A program made the position numbers and the translations under genes. Of a stretch of DNA of 64,000 bases, positions 1 to 13,500 are shown piece after piece. Source of the DNA: Lytechinus pictus (lineage: Eukaryota); the NCBI RefSeq assembly GCF_037042905.1, contig NC_087254.1, positions 11,284,001 through 11,348,000 of the forward strand, written 5' to 3'. Position 1 is the first letter of the stretch; the number at the start of each line of letters is the position of its first letter. Below the pieces are notes generated by a model. That model had not been told where the DNA came from, did not search any database, and was given only the letters and a program-made list of their open reading frames with translations.

Positions 1-3000
1 TCAATTTGACAACATTACCATGAACTTTAATTGTGACACACTCTCTCTTCTTCATCTTAATATAAGAAGCCTGAACAAACACTTTGATGAATTACAGTTG
101 CTTTTGAATAATCCCTCTCCTAAACCATTATCTGTTATAGGTTTAACAGAGACTTGGCTTTCACAGGACTCCAACCTTCCACTTTCTATTGACAATTATA
201 ACCTTGTTACTAAAAACCGACAGGGGAGATTGGGTGGAGGCGCCGTGTTGTATATTCTTCATAAATTTCGTTATTTTGTCCACGAAACAATTTCAATTAG
301 TAATGATATAATGGAATCTCTTTTTCTAGAAATTGAAGTTTCAGGCGGTAGGAATGTTATTGTAGGTGTTGTTTACCGCCCTCCCAGCTCTAACGGTAAC
401 GATTTTATTGCTCGTTTATCTGACATACTTCGGAATAATATGTTTAAAAATAAAGATTGTTTTATTATGGGAGATTTTAATATAAATATTCTTAAATGTG
501 CCTCTAATAATATTGCACATGAGGTTATAGAAACATTTTTGTCTGCCTCTTTCTTGCCACTCGTTACCAAACCCACTCGTGTTGCAAATTTATCTAGTAC
601 TTTAATTTATAATATTTTTTCCAATGTTGTTCATCATCCTGATTCATACATTATTCTTTCAGATACAACTGATCATTACCCGATAATGACTTCCTACAAA
701 TTATCGCAACCTAATAATATTCACGGCCCCCGCCCTCTACGACGTATAGTTAACGCACAGAATTTATCCAGATTGAATGATAGTTTAGAAAATGTGGACT
801 GGTCTTGTGTTCTTGATTCAACTGATGTTAACTCTTCATATGATAATTTCATTACTTTACTTAATAGGCACATGGATACCTTTCTTCCAAAGCAAAGAAA
901 GAACAACAACAATGATTACAAGAAAACTCCTAGACTTCCTTGGATATCAAAATCTTTACTTCGTTCAATAAATCGAAAAAATAACCTATATTATAAATAC
1001 AAATCAAAACCTACTGAACAAAATAGAGATAAATATACATCTTACAAAAACACATTGACGAGAATAATTCGCTTAGAAAAGAAAAAATATTTTACTAATA
1101 AACTAGAATTACATAAACATGATATGCAAAATACTTGGAAAATTCTTAAACAAGCCATGAACATAGCGGATAACAAAATTGACATTACAAAAATATCATC
1201 AAATGATATGGTTATTCAAGATTTTGGTAACATAGCAAATGCTTTTAATACTCATTTTTCTTCCATAGGTAAAAATTTGGCCAACAATATACCGCCCTCT
1301 CGCAGGCATTTCTCAGATTTTCTTGGTCCCTCCAACCCAAGCTCGATCTTTTTAAATCCAACGCATAATCATGAAGTCATGGACATTGTTTCTAACTTAG
1401 GCAACAAGAAAAGCTCTGGATATGACGATATTAATAATATTATAGTAAAATCAATTATTCCATTCATTGTTGTTCCCCTAGTTCATATTTTTAATCTATC
1501 TTTAATTAACGGGCAAGTTCCTGATTCTATGAAAATCGCTAAAGTTATCCCATTGTATAAAAAGGGGGACAGGCTGAGTGTTAATAATTATCGTCCGATC
1601 TCTTTACTACCGTGTTTTTCAAAAATTTTAGAAAAAATCATATATGTTCGAACTTTCAATTTCTTAAAATATCATGATATATTCTCAAATTTTCAATTCG
1701 GCTTTAGAGAAAAACACAGTACCGTTCATGCTCTGTTGTCATTCATTGAAAAGGTAGCTCATGCCTTAGATAAATCTTCTCATATGGTTGGTATATTCCT
1801 GGACTTCTCCAAGGCCTTTGATACAATCAACCACGAAATATTACTTAGCAAACTTTTTCATTATGGTATACGTGGCAAGGCCTTGGAGTGGTTCAGGAAT
1901 TACCTTTCCAATCGAAAACAATTTGTTTCATTGAATGACCATTCTTCCAACTTATGTGACATTAATTGCGGTGTGCCACAAGGAAGCCTTTTGGGACCTC
2001 TACTTTTCATAATATATATTAACGATTTTTGCAGATCATCCGAAATTTTGTCTTTCATAATCTTTGCTGATGACACCAATTTATTTATTTCTGATAAAGA
2101 CCCACACACTCTTGTTCAAACAATCAATCAAGAACCGTCTAAAATACTCGAATGGATTAGAAGTAACAAACTTTCTCTTAATATTGAAAAAACAAAATAC
2201 ATGTTGTACAGTAACACCTTAAATTCATTACCTAACACTATTAAGTTTGATAATTTGCAATTGGAATGTGTATCGAATATTAAATTTTTAGGTGTCACTG
2301 TAGATAATAAACTTTCTTGGAAGTGTCATATTGACAGTATTTGCAAAACAATTTCTCGTAATATTGGTGTCATGAATAAATTAAGAATGTTCCTCCCGTC
2401 GACTTCCTTACTCACACTCTACTCTTCTTTAGTATTACCATATCTTCACTACGGTCTTCTTATATGGGGAAACACACATCAAACTTTACTTAACAGGATT
2501 TTATTGCTGCAAAAGAAAGCACTTCGGATTATTTTTTCTTCTCACGCACGTTCCCACACTGATCCTATTTTTTTCGAAAAATTTTTTTTGAAGATCAGTG
2601 ATCTTTACCTACTCCAGCTTGGCCAATTTATGTACCAATACAATAATAATATGCTTCCTTTTATTTTTCATGACATGTTCTTAAAAAACAGCTCCTCACA
2701 CAATTACCCTACTAGACGTCGCGATGACCTTCATTTGCCTATGCTCAGAACGATGTTCGCCCAAAATACATTTATATATAGTGGCCCAAAATTTTGGAAT
2801 TCTCTTCACCCTGATATCCAGCTTTCCCCTTCTCTTAATTCTTTTTAAAGAAAATTGAAATTCATTTTGTTGCAGTCTTGCAAAACCCCACATTGATTCC
2901 TTTACCTCTATGATATATTTATTTATTTATTGTTTACCTGTTTACAGGTTACCCTCGGTGATTGTGTTAGTTTGACTACACTTCTCTCATTCTCTCTCTC

Positions 3001-3555
3001 TCCTCTCTCTTTGCCTTTCTCTTCATTTCTCCCTTCTTCGGATTTTCGCAGTTTGTGCAGCAATGTTTGTTTATTTTTACTCTGTTTGTGTGTCTTATCT
3101 TTTGTTGTTGTTGTTTTGCTTTGTTGTGTCTTCTTGTCTTTGTTGTCTCTGCTCACCTTTAATATTTATTTCATTTATTATAATTATTTTTTTCATATCT
3201 TTATAATTATTTTTTTATATCTTTATTTCATTATCTTTTTTGTATTGCTGCTTTTTTTGGCCCATATAGATTTAAGTGTTATACGTTATACTTTTTTTTC
3301 TTTTTGAGTGGTCCACCCTTTACAAGCTTTGCTTTTTAGTGGGCCACTCCATTTTTCCAACATATCTTGCATATTATTATCAAATTGGAAATATTATCTT
3401 CTGTATCAAGTGTATATTTTTTATATTTGGTTTATTTGAATATTTATGTCATTTATATTGTCTGATGTTATGTTTTATATATTGTTATTATTGCATTGTA
3501 AAATTTGTTGGAAAAATGAATAAATAAATGAATGAAAATGAATGAATGAATGAAT
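1..3555 (+). mobile_element. Non-LTR retrotransposon (CR1/L2 group LINE), 5' part outside window
   Basis: 942-aa endonuclease-RT ORF, T-rich 3' UTR with hairpin gagtggtccac..gtgggccactc (3306-3350), AATAAA and (GAAT)n tail ending about 3555. Confidence 0.92.
20..2848 (+). CDS. LINE ORF2: APE-type endonuclease plus reverse transcriptase
   Basis: EN motifs LNIRSL, TETWL, VYRPP, GDFN, TDHYP; RT motifs [41 protein letters not shown]. Confidence 0.95.
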   Translation: MNFNCDTLSLLHLNIRSLNKHFDELQLLLNNPSPKPLSVIGLTETWLSQDSNLPLSIDNYNLVTKNRQGRLGGGAVLYILHKFRYFVHETISISNDIMESLFLEIEVSGGRNVIVGVVYRPPSSNGNDFIARLSDILRNNMFKNKDCFIMGDFNINILKCASNNIAHEVIETFLSASFLPLVTKPTRVANLSSTLIYNIFSNVVHHPDSYIILSDTTDHYPIMTSYKLSQPNNIHGPRPLRRIVNAQNLSRLNDSLENVDWSCVLDSTDVNSSYDNFITLLNRHMDTFLPKQRKNNNNDYKKTPRLPWISKSLLRSINRKNNLYYKYKSKPTEQNRDKYTSYKNTLTRIIRLEKKKYFTNKLELHKHDMQNTWKILKQAMNIADNKIDITKISSNDMVIQDFGNIANAFNTHFSSIGKNLANNIPPSRRHFSDFLGPSNPSSIFLNPTHNHEVMDIVSNLGNKKSSGYDDINNIIVKSIIPFIVVPLVHIFNLSLINGQVPDSMKIAKVIPLYKKGDRLSVNNYRPISLLPCFSKILEKIIYVRTFNFLKYHDIFSNFQFGFREKHSTVHALLSFIEKVAHALDKSSHMVGIFLDFSKAFDTINHEILLSKLFHYGIRGKALEWFRNYLSNRKQFVSLNDHSSNLCDINCGVPQGSLLGPLLFIIYINDFCRSSEILSFIIFADDTNLFISDKDPHTLVQTINQEPSKILEWIRSNKLSLNIEKTKYMLYSNTLNSLPNTIKFDNLQLECVSNIKFLGVTVDNKLSWKCHIDSICKTISRNIGVMNKLRMFLPSTSLLTLYSSLVLPYLHYGLLIWGNTHQTLLNRILLLQKKALRIIFSSHARSHTDPIFFEKFFLKISDLYLLQLGQFMYQYNNNMLPFIFHDMFLKNSSSHNYPTRRRDDLHLPMLRTMFAQNTFIYSGPKFWNSLHPDIQLSPSLNSF

Positions 3556-4117
3556 ATCCCAGTCCTTAAGAAATAAGTGGAGAACTCGCACTGAAGGCCT
3601 GCCTTGAACTCTGCCAATAGTATAATTAGTATACATCATAGTCTCTTAACATTCTAAGGTGTATACCTATTAGTAGGTCAAAGTTCTCTGCTGAATGCCT
3701 TATAAAGAGAAATGAACTTATCATCATCTTAAGGAGGAAGTGGCACTTTGCACTCTCAATAATGGAAGATCTGATTGACCTGGAGATCAGGTATTTTGAT
3801 GCCACATACCATTTTGGGTCAAAGATAACCCTAAAGTTGCTGCATAAGGTCCAACTTGAACATTTATGACTCAGATCTGACCCTTTCTGTGTCAAATCAA
3901 ACCTTATTTAGATAATTTTTTCAACCCGGAACGGAGTGTGACACCAACTGACCTGGTTTCTTGTGTTTGAATGAGGTCATTCAAATATGGCAAAAGACAC
4001 AAAAGTGGCAAATGCTTTAACAACCATACGCCTTTCCACTCCAGTGATATCAAACTGTGTGTTAAGATAAATTTTTGACATTATGAAATACGAAGGCATA
4101 GTAGTCTAGTTGATCTG

Positions 4118-4292
4118 GTGGGTGTTTCATAAAGCTGTTTGTGAGTTAAGAGCAACTATAAGAATGACTGGTGATCCTTTCTTGTGGTAAATGGTAAACT
4201 GAATTGGCGACGGTCAATCTAGCGCGTAAGAAAGGTTCACCAGTCGTTCTTTGAGTCATTCTTAACTTACAAACAGCTTTATGAAACAGCCC
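4118..4292. mobile_element. MITE (Harbinger-like, CWG flanks) inserted into a tRNA-derived SINE
   Basis: TIR gtttcataaagctgtttgtgagttaag / cttaacttacaaacagctttatgaaac; CTG and CAG flanks; SINE A-box half on the left and B-box half on the right. Confidence 0.8.
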
Positions 4293-4455
4293 CAGGCTCT
4301 TGTCTTTCAATCACAGGGTTGTGGGTTTGAATCCCAACCATTGCACATTTTCCGAAAGAAATTTATACAAATTGGGCTGGGGTTATGAAAATAGTGTGCC
4401 TCGGAATAGATTAATTCTAGAAAGATCATTATTATGAAATACTTGAATATCTCAC

Positions 4456-4578
4456 CCGTTTGGCAGTCTTGTCCTACAAAACAGCTTGGGCAGTTACAGG
4501 TATATTGCTGACAGTTTCCCGGAACAGGTTGACATGCACCACCAGCTTCACAAGGATTAGGGTCACATGGATTCATTT
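4456..4578 (-). CDS. Exon 39: 8-Cys EGF ([39 protein letters not shown])
   Basis: aag acceptor, gtgaga donor, 123 nt; the donor implies further exons left of the window. Confidence 0.88.
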
Positions 4579-7500
4579 CTTTACGAAGGAAACCAATCAC
4601 ATCCAGATTAATCATAATAATCATAACAACAACAATAAAATAAAAAATATTTATCCAAAGGTAGCTACTAAAATTATAAAACCTTTTTAGCAGCGGGCCC
4701 TGTATAACACAGGGGTGTGAGTGGTCACAAATAAAAAGATCTGAAAAAAGCTGAAACTTGTAAAAAAAGTCTGAAATAGAAAGAGCTCCCATACATTTTG
4801 TACAGAGGAAAGCCAAAAGTAAGCTGAAATTAAGCTGAAAATCGAAACGAAAACAATCTGAAATCAGATAAAAATCTGAACTCTCACACCCCTGATAACA
4901 TAACATATTGCTGTTACCCTTCTCCAACCTCAATGCTGCCTAGCTAGAGGGCAGAAGGTCCCATTTTTGTAAGTCTTTGGTATCAATTAAATTCTGTCTG
5001 TATTTGGAATCGGTTCTAACGAGAGAAATGAGGTTTGAAAAGATGGTTTAACAAAAGAATCAATGTGACACAAATCTATGTGTTTCCATAGATGTCTGAA
5101 GTGTGGGTTTTCCAACATAGAGGTACTAGAAAACTCAGAAAACATGTAGACTTAGAAACATGTTTATGTAATGTATAAAAGAGTTAAATCTTCTCTTATC
5201 AATAATTGTAATACAGACTTAGAACATGATTACATATGTGCTAGTAGGATTTCCATTTCAATGATAAACTACTCCTTCAGAAACTGACAACTTCTTACTC
5301 TTCATGTGAGTGCATTTTAAATTGTGGTTGGCCAAAGAATGATAGCATATTCAATCTCATTCTTTTTCATATCAAATAGAACGTTAGTAGAGAGAAGTTT
5401 ACTAGGAAATTAAAATTACAAGATGCAACTTGTCGATGATTAACATAGAACCTAACTGAACATCAGGGGTACGTGTCATCCAAGAACCTGTTGAATGTTT
5501 TATGAAACAAGTCCTGTTTTTTCTGACAGCTTTTATACCAACAGTTATTCTTAACCAATTTAAAATTAAGGAAGACAAAAATGTTGCTGGAACACTCTCC
5601 TGAAGTGTTAAACCATATTTCTTAATACAAAAGTGAGTGTCTAATATGTTTGAAATCATACACATACCTGTCTCGCAAGTATTCCCAGTAAAACAGCTGG
5701 TGCATTGACAAGTGAAGTCATTGCATGAGGTAGCCGATATGAAGCAAACACCCCCATTCAAACACGGCTGCCCCTCACACGGATTTACTCCTGATAATCA
5801 AAAGAATGTGAAGAAATTGAGAAGTATATAGAAATAAAGGCAACTGGGTTTGTTATTTGTTTTTGTATCATTTATGTATATTCTCTCATATAACATTGAA
5901 CATATCTACGGATAGCCCCAGTTGAACATAGTTGCCAATGATTCCTGATGTTCAAAATAATGCTTCGAAGAAAGTGGTTTAGCATACCAAAAATAGCAAC
6001 TTCGTGTAATTTTTTATTTATGAAACACTGACGTTTATTATACTTGTAAATAGCAAGTGAACATAATCTAATGCAAATAGATCTTAAAATCAATACCATA
6101 CTTTAATCAAAGAAAATTCAATCTTTGATAATGATTAAGAAATACCTCAACATCGTGGGAACCCCTGAACTAATATTAATTGAAACACAATCTTATAAGG
6201 GTTAATAACTAATCCAATACTTACTTGTGCCACAGTTATCTCCTTGAAAACAGTTTGCACACTGGCACTGACGGGTAGAACAATCCAATGCATTACAGGT
6301 AGCCCCATTCAGACAAGGAAGCGATTGACATGGGTCCAATACTACATAACAATCATCAAATTAAATTGTATATTATATTGATGAACAACTAAATCAAAGA
6401 TAACTTAAAATAAGCTTGTTTGCACCATGGGTCTTTCTTCTTGAGAAAGGTATCGATCAATGTTGGAATATTCAGGCCTATGTTGTACATGCAAAGGTAA
6501 AATTAGCGCATCAACATTTATGACTGAATTTAATATGAATTCAATATAATGGATTCAAACTACCAAAAGAATAATATGTAATAATGATGAATATATTGTA
6601 TTAACATGGCAATAAATCTTATATAATCATTTATTCATGGTGAGAGAAGTAAACTTACATGTTTGACAGAATTGTCCGGTATAACATCCATTGCAGTTGC
6701 ACGTATACTGATCACATGTTCCACTAGTAGGAATGCACTCGGCTCCATTCAGACACAGATTATTTTCACATGGCTCTATCACTGTGTAAAATATACAAAA
6801 ACACACAAATGTAAGGTGTTAGTAGAAACATGGAGAAATACTGTCTTACAAAGTATTATTCTCTCAGATACATGTATATATAACAAATTCTCAAAGCTAT
6901 TAGTGGTGTAGATTTTATGGAAAACCTTTTATAACCACACATTCTACATTGATTCATTTTGGAACTGATGCTAAGCTTGTTTGAATCCAAACTTTAAAGC
7001 AAATTTTATTTTAAAACAACAAATGTCACTTCAACTTATATCAACTCATTATGATAAGAAGCTTGCCATTTATGGAAGATAGACAGTCTGATTGTGGAGA
7101 ATTGGTTGGCATGAGGCAGATGAAAGAGTTTGGGCCTTATTTGTATTATTCTTTTTTCAGAACCCAAAGTAAGAGGTAAGATATAGATATGTCGTTTAAT
7201 CTGACGCAGATGGCTCTTCAATGTTTTTGTGTCAACATCAACACAAATATTATGTTTCAATTGCACTTTTAATTTGGCTTAAAATAGTCATAAACATAAA
7301 GATACCTAGCCGTTAATATCAATTTTGGAAAATTAGTAGACCAGGGGATAGAGTCATGGAAGTCAAATGGAAGATGACTTAATTCTTCCAATCAAATATT
7401 AGTGGTATTAAAGAGTAACACAAGAAGACCCTCTCCCATTGTGTACTTGACAGATTTTTTTTAAGTTGAAGGGGGGACATCTTCCCATTTCTATAGTGTT

Positions 7501-10500
7501 CTTCCTCCTTTCTTCCCTATCTTTGTTCAATACTTAAAAGACCATAAGGGAGATGGCCACCCCTGCCCCCCCCCCCCCGTACTACCGTGGTTTCACAGTA
7601 AACCAAGTATTCTTTTGTGGGCAAGTGTTGGTCCTGAAAAGTACCACCCACACTCTTTTCCCACCCAAACTTGACGTTTTGACAAGTGTGTTTTATATAT
7701 AGTAATGCGAGTTTAACTTGCCTTGTTCACAGAACTGTCCTCTAAAGCACCCTTGGCACTGGCAGGAGTAGTCCACACAGGATCCAGGTACAGCTTCACA
7801 GACAGCTCCATTCTGGCACTGGTTTGTCTCACAGGCATCAATGACTGTTCAATAAAAAGTGATTAATCACGTTGAATTTAAGAGTGCAGCATATAATGGG
7901 GATATCTTAAAACTTGTTATGGTAAAGAATTCAAAATATCAGTTTGAATAAGCTAATGAAATAATTAAATTTGGTCAGCTGCATGTAAACTTGTCATAAG
8001 AATTGTGCATCTGTTATCATAACAATTTCTTGGTGGGAAAATAGGCCCCTGATCTAGGGCTAATAGCTCCCTATTCGGCATCTGGCATGTCCAATGTAAC
8101 TCAGAGAAAGCACTGATATAACCCTAAATACTTCTTGCATTAGATGCCCAAGGAACCTTCCCATTCAACCCCCCCAAAAAAATATGCTACTGTATTATAA
8201 GACAGTTAAAGAATTTAGCTGACAGAAAACCCTGCTTGCTACGTTGAAGGTCAAGATGCAAAACATCCTCTTCTCATTATTCTAATCAATGTAAATCAAA
8301 ACTTTAATACAAATTGTAAAATATAGAAATTGAAGAATATTTCCGAGCAATTTTTCAGCATAAAATATCAGATATTGAGTATGCTTACATTGTTCACAGT
8401 TTTGTCCTCTGTAGCAATCTGCACATGCACACTGGTGTTGGGTACATGATCCAGGCATAACTGAACAAGAACCGCCGTTAAAACATGGTCTACTTGCACA
8501 TGGCATTAGCACTACAGGCAGGTAAAAGAACATGAAAATTGAGAGAAAAATCCTTCTGCTTCAGATTCAGATCAATTCTTTCATCTATAAGGGAAAATTT
8601 ATGCTGTTAGTATAGATTTCACATATGTATGTTGTATATATATGTATAATATATGGCGATTGTCCATGCACCCCCTATAACAGATACAGCCGAGAACATC
8701 AATAAGGACCTCTGCAAGAAATTCAAAGAGTTCAGACTACAGATAACAGCCAATGCAAACAAAACCATAGTCAACTTTCTTGATGTAACAATTGACCTCT
8801 CCAAGAAAGAGTTCAGGCCTTACTCAAAACCAGATTCCCACCTATATGTGCATGCAGAATCAAATCAACCACCAGACGTCACCGGGAGAATACCACAGTT
8901 CATCAAAACCTGCCTGTCCAACATTTCCAGCAGCGTATACATCTTCAACAGTGTAAAACCAGACGAGAAAGCACTACAACATGGTGGACACAAACCCAAA
9001 CTGACATACACACTGAAAAACTCTACCAGCAGCAGTAAAAGAGACCCAAAATCAAAGAAAACAAAACATGACATGGTTAAACCCACCATACAGCAAGCAT
9101 GTCAGAACAAACATCGACAGATAGTTCCTAGCCCTTGTTGAACAGCACTTCCCAAAAGAGCACCTGCTCCACAAGGTCTGCAACAGGAACACTCTGAAAG
9201 TCAGCTATAGCTGCATGGACAACATTACCACAACAATAAAGGCCCACAACAACAGGATAACAAACACTCATCAAGACCAAACCAAGGACTCCTGCAACTG
9301 CAGAAAGAAAGAGGATCGCCCGATCCCTGGCAAATACAAAGCCGAGGCAGCAACATCTAGCGACAAGACGGTGAACATCGAGATCACATCAACTTTATTC
9401 AAAGCAAGGTATGCAACCCATAAATCAAGCATCACCAATAGGGGAAAAAGACACCAAATTGAGCTCAGCAATTACATATGGAGACTGAAGGATGAAGGCA
9501 CACCCTACTCACTCAAATGAAGGATCGTAAGACATGCGCAGCCCTACTCACTAAAAACAAAGAGGTGCAATCTGTGTCTGTGTGAGAAGTACCACATCAT
9601 TACAGCCAAGAAAACAAGAAATGCTTAACTCAAGAACATAACTCATCTCAACCTGTAAAAAAAAAAAAATTATTTTCCTCTCAGCACAGTGGTTAACCAT
9701 AGACCCCCCCTCATTTATGCCCTCAACCCACTCCGCCCCCACACTTCCCCCTACCCAGTTTAAAGCCAATAGCTATTATCTGTTAACTGTTGTCATTTCA
9801 TCCTCCTTTTTTGTGTCTTTTCTTTGTTTGCTTGACTGCAATAGAGTTATTGTTCTCTTTAATTGATTAAGTTGCTGATGAGCTTTCGGGTGTAACAGTC
9901 TGTACAACAAAACATCTAAGCAACTTGCTCTATCCTATTCTGTAGTGTCATTTAATAATAATAATGATAATAATAGCTACTTACACAGCACATAGGTTGA
10001 CTTTTCGGTGTATATCTAATATGGCACTTCAGAAAAGTAAATTCCACAAAAATAATTGAAATTGAATAGACACGGAAAGATACTAGAAAGTTAATTCTCT
10101 TTAACAAATTACACTATAAAATGTATATGAGTATCATGAAAATATTTAAATAATATGCTTTTTAACCCTAAACAGGCCGGGGGGGGGGGGTTGAATCAAC
10201 CCCCCCTCAACATTTTTTGACCGCGCCACTCGCAGAGTTTATAATTTTAAGTCTCACGCATCTTTTGAGACCAAATTTACGACGCCCGTGTACGCAGTTC
10301 CGAAATTACGCAACATATTGTAAGTGCATGTCAGACCAAAAATTGTTCCAAAACGTGATTTTGTGTACAAAGTCAATGCAAATTGAGTTTTCTCATCTTA
10401 TTCATAAAGATATGATTATTTTTACTTTAAACAGCTAAAATCAATTGATTTTAGCATAATTACGCTTCAAAAAGGTTGTGCAATAAATCTGGTGGAAAAA

Positions 10501-13500
10501 ACAAAGAAAAACAAAAGGTTGAAAAACATAGAAATACATAAGAAATTCATAAAACAATAAAATACATAAGAAATTGATTTCCGAACCGAAGTTTTATTCA
10601 ATTGCGATTGTTAATAATGCTACAAAGAATATTTTTACAAAAAATTAGCATTCTAGGAGCTTTATTTAGTGAATTAGAGCAAAAAGTATGATTTATGCAT
10701 AAATTAGCATAATTAATTCATATAAAATAAAATCTCATTATTTTGGAAAATTTTACCATACAGCCTTGTAGATTACATCGCACACTACCAGCGTGCAAAT
10801 TTTTGCGGCGCTCGCGCGATCGGCGGCCGAGATCTCAGGGGGGGGGGTGAATCAACCCCCCCCCCCCCCCCCCCCGGCCACAGAACAGCCAAAAAAGCCC
10901 GGCCTAGTTCGGGTTAAAACAAGATCTTACACGTCTCACACAGCCTTCCTGTATAGCAACCAGGGCAGTCACATGTGTAATCTATGCATGAGCCACTGAC
11001 AGGTTGACATATTCCACCATTCTGACATGGATTCGGAGAACACTGGTCCAATCCTAAAGATGAAAAACAGGATTCATTACATTGTGATAGGTAGCGATTG
11101 TTTATAGTTTTCTAGGAAACTTCATCATACAGAATGAATGTCTATGGAAAATGGCATTAGTGTCTTAAAATATTGTCAGAGGCAATTAAAGAACTATTGA
11201 ATTGACAAATTTATACCAGGTATCATATCACAAAACATAACACATAAATGGAAACATTAACCTTATTCCACTAATGTACTAGGAGACTAATAAAATATCA
11301 TGTGCCATCATGAACAATAATCTATCTGTGAAGCTACTCCTTTACTGCACCCATCACAGAACAGTATAATTTATTGTCCCAGTCATGTGGCACCTGTGTT
11401 TTCTCACTTACTTGAATTAATTTTGCATCCATTAGCTCTATCATCAACACATTTTGCAATGGCCCTTTCTAATGAAGACCAATACGATATAAATTGTACA
11501 AGTGATATGAGGACTTACTGTTCTGGCAACGATCCCCAACATAGCACTGTGGGCATCGGCAGATGATATCTAAGCATCGGCTTCCTACAGCGTCACAAGT
11601 ACCTCCATTCAGACAAGGATTGGGTGAACATTGATCTAATCCTAGGAGGGTTAAGTACAAAACAAAGTTATATATAATAATACATGGTGGCTCAGGGGTA
11701 CAGTGTCTGTCTCATGAAGGAGAGTCGTTGGTTCAATCCAAGGCCGAGCCATACCAAAGACCTTAAAAATGGGACCTTCTGCCTTCTGATCAGGTGCTTG
11801 AAGTATAACATTGGAAAAGGGTAATAACATTATATGCATGGCCTGCTGTGAGAACAGGGGAGTGTTTGATCAAAATTTTCATTTATTTATTTATACATTC
11901 GTTCATCTACTTTTTTCATTTCATCATTGATTCATTTATTTATTTATTATTTTTTTTATTTAATAATTATTATTTCCCACTTAATCATAATTTTAAAATT
12001 ATATATTTGAAGGGATGTATCCTAATGATTCATATGACGGAACTGAGAGAAAATTATTCATAATGAAAAATCACACAATCACTCTCCCCACTGTGGGTGT
12101 AAAACATTGTCTATTAATATCATATCTCAGGATTCACATAAATTCTATGGCCATATTCTGAAGTTCAGTTTAACGTAAACCATGGTCTTACTGAGTGCTA
12201 AAATTATGGGTAGCTAAACGTTCAAACTTTGTTATATATTTCTTACATTTACTGTGTTCTTTCCCCTTGCTCCTTGCTCTAATGGTGAAAAAAACATTTC
12301 ATTCATTATCCCAAGACAGATGAATAAATTGAGCATGAAATGTGCTGACAAATTGAACCTATATTGTGAGTGAGAGATTAGTGTCGCAATTGGCTCTCCA
12401 TAGCTAAACCACAACTTCAGACCAGAGTTTGAATTTATTCCAAGTTTGAAATATGGGTAAACATGTCTTTGAACCATATCCTGGTAATGCACTTACTTGT
12501 CTGACACTGATCTCCTACAAAACACAGCTGACATTGGCATGTATAATCAGTGCACGACCCTGGTGTGCGGATACAGAATCCATTATTCTGGCAAGGATTT
12601 GGGCTGCACTGATCATCAACTGGGGTGGAATAAACAAAGAGAAGTTTGAATTGCCCAGCTTGTCTATAAGGAATGATATTGTGCTGAAGAAAGACATGCT
12701 CGAAAACTTTTTTGTCATGCACTAATCAGGAGTACACACTGCTATTGATGAGTGTAAGACAAAAAAAATTGTCTTTATTCAGCACCATTTTCAAATTTTG
12801 TAGCACTAAACTACTTTCATGTTTGTATTTATTACAAATTGCTTAAGTGAAGGAAAATAGGGAGAGAACTATAATGAATGTGAAAAAAAACTACCTAGAG
12901 AGGTCTCTAGCTACAATACCGCCTTACTCAAGCGTTTCTACTTGTCCCTTTTCAAGCGTAAATATCTTGAATCTTGTAAATACATTTTCCATGATCTGAC
13001 CAAAGCTGCATCTTGAGACCAAACTAAAATCTCAATACAAAGAGAGTTGAAAAAAACAACTGCCTAATATTAGCAGTATTGCCAATTCAAATATTGATAT
13101 AGAAAAGGGTACAGAAAGTTAACTTTTATACCATAATGGTTCTCTAATTTTCACAAATGTTGTTGCAATATTGCTTAGCTTATCCCTGTTTTTCACCACA
13201 TATCATGGGAGATTGACTTACATATTTCGCAGTTCTGTCCTTGGTAGCAATTGGTACAGCTGCATTGGTATTGATCACATTGATTGTTCAGTACCGAACA
13301 TGTTCCTCCAAACTGACAAGGAAAACTACTGCATGGATTAAAAACTGAGAAGAGAGAAACAAATAATGTTGTTGCATCAGAGAATATCAACTAAAATGTA
13401 TCTTGTCTTTGATCACTTCATACAAATATTGTGTGAAACTTAACTACATCTTAAGCTCCTGTACAGTTATCAAGATTGATTAATTATCAATATCTCAAGC

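Noticed and set aside
2930-3527. Hydrophobic membrane-protein ORFs
   Set aside because: They fall in the T-rich 3' UTR of the LINE and are compositional artefacts.
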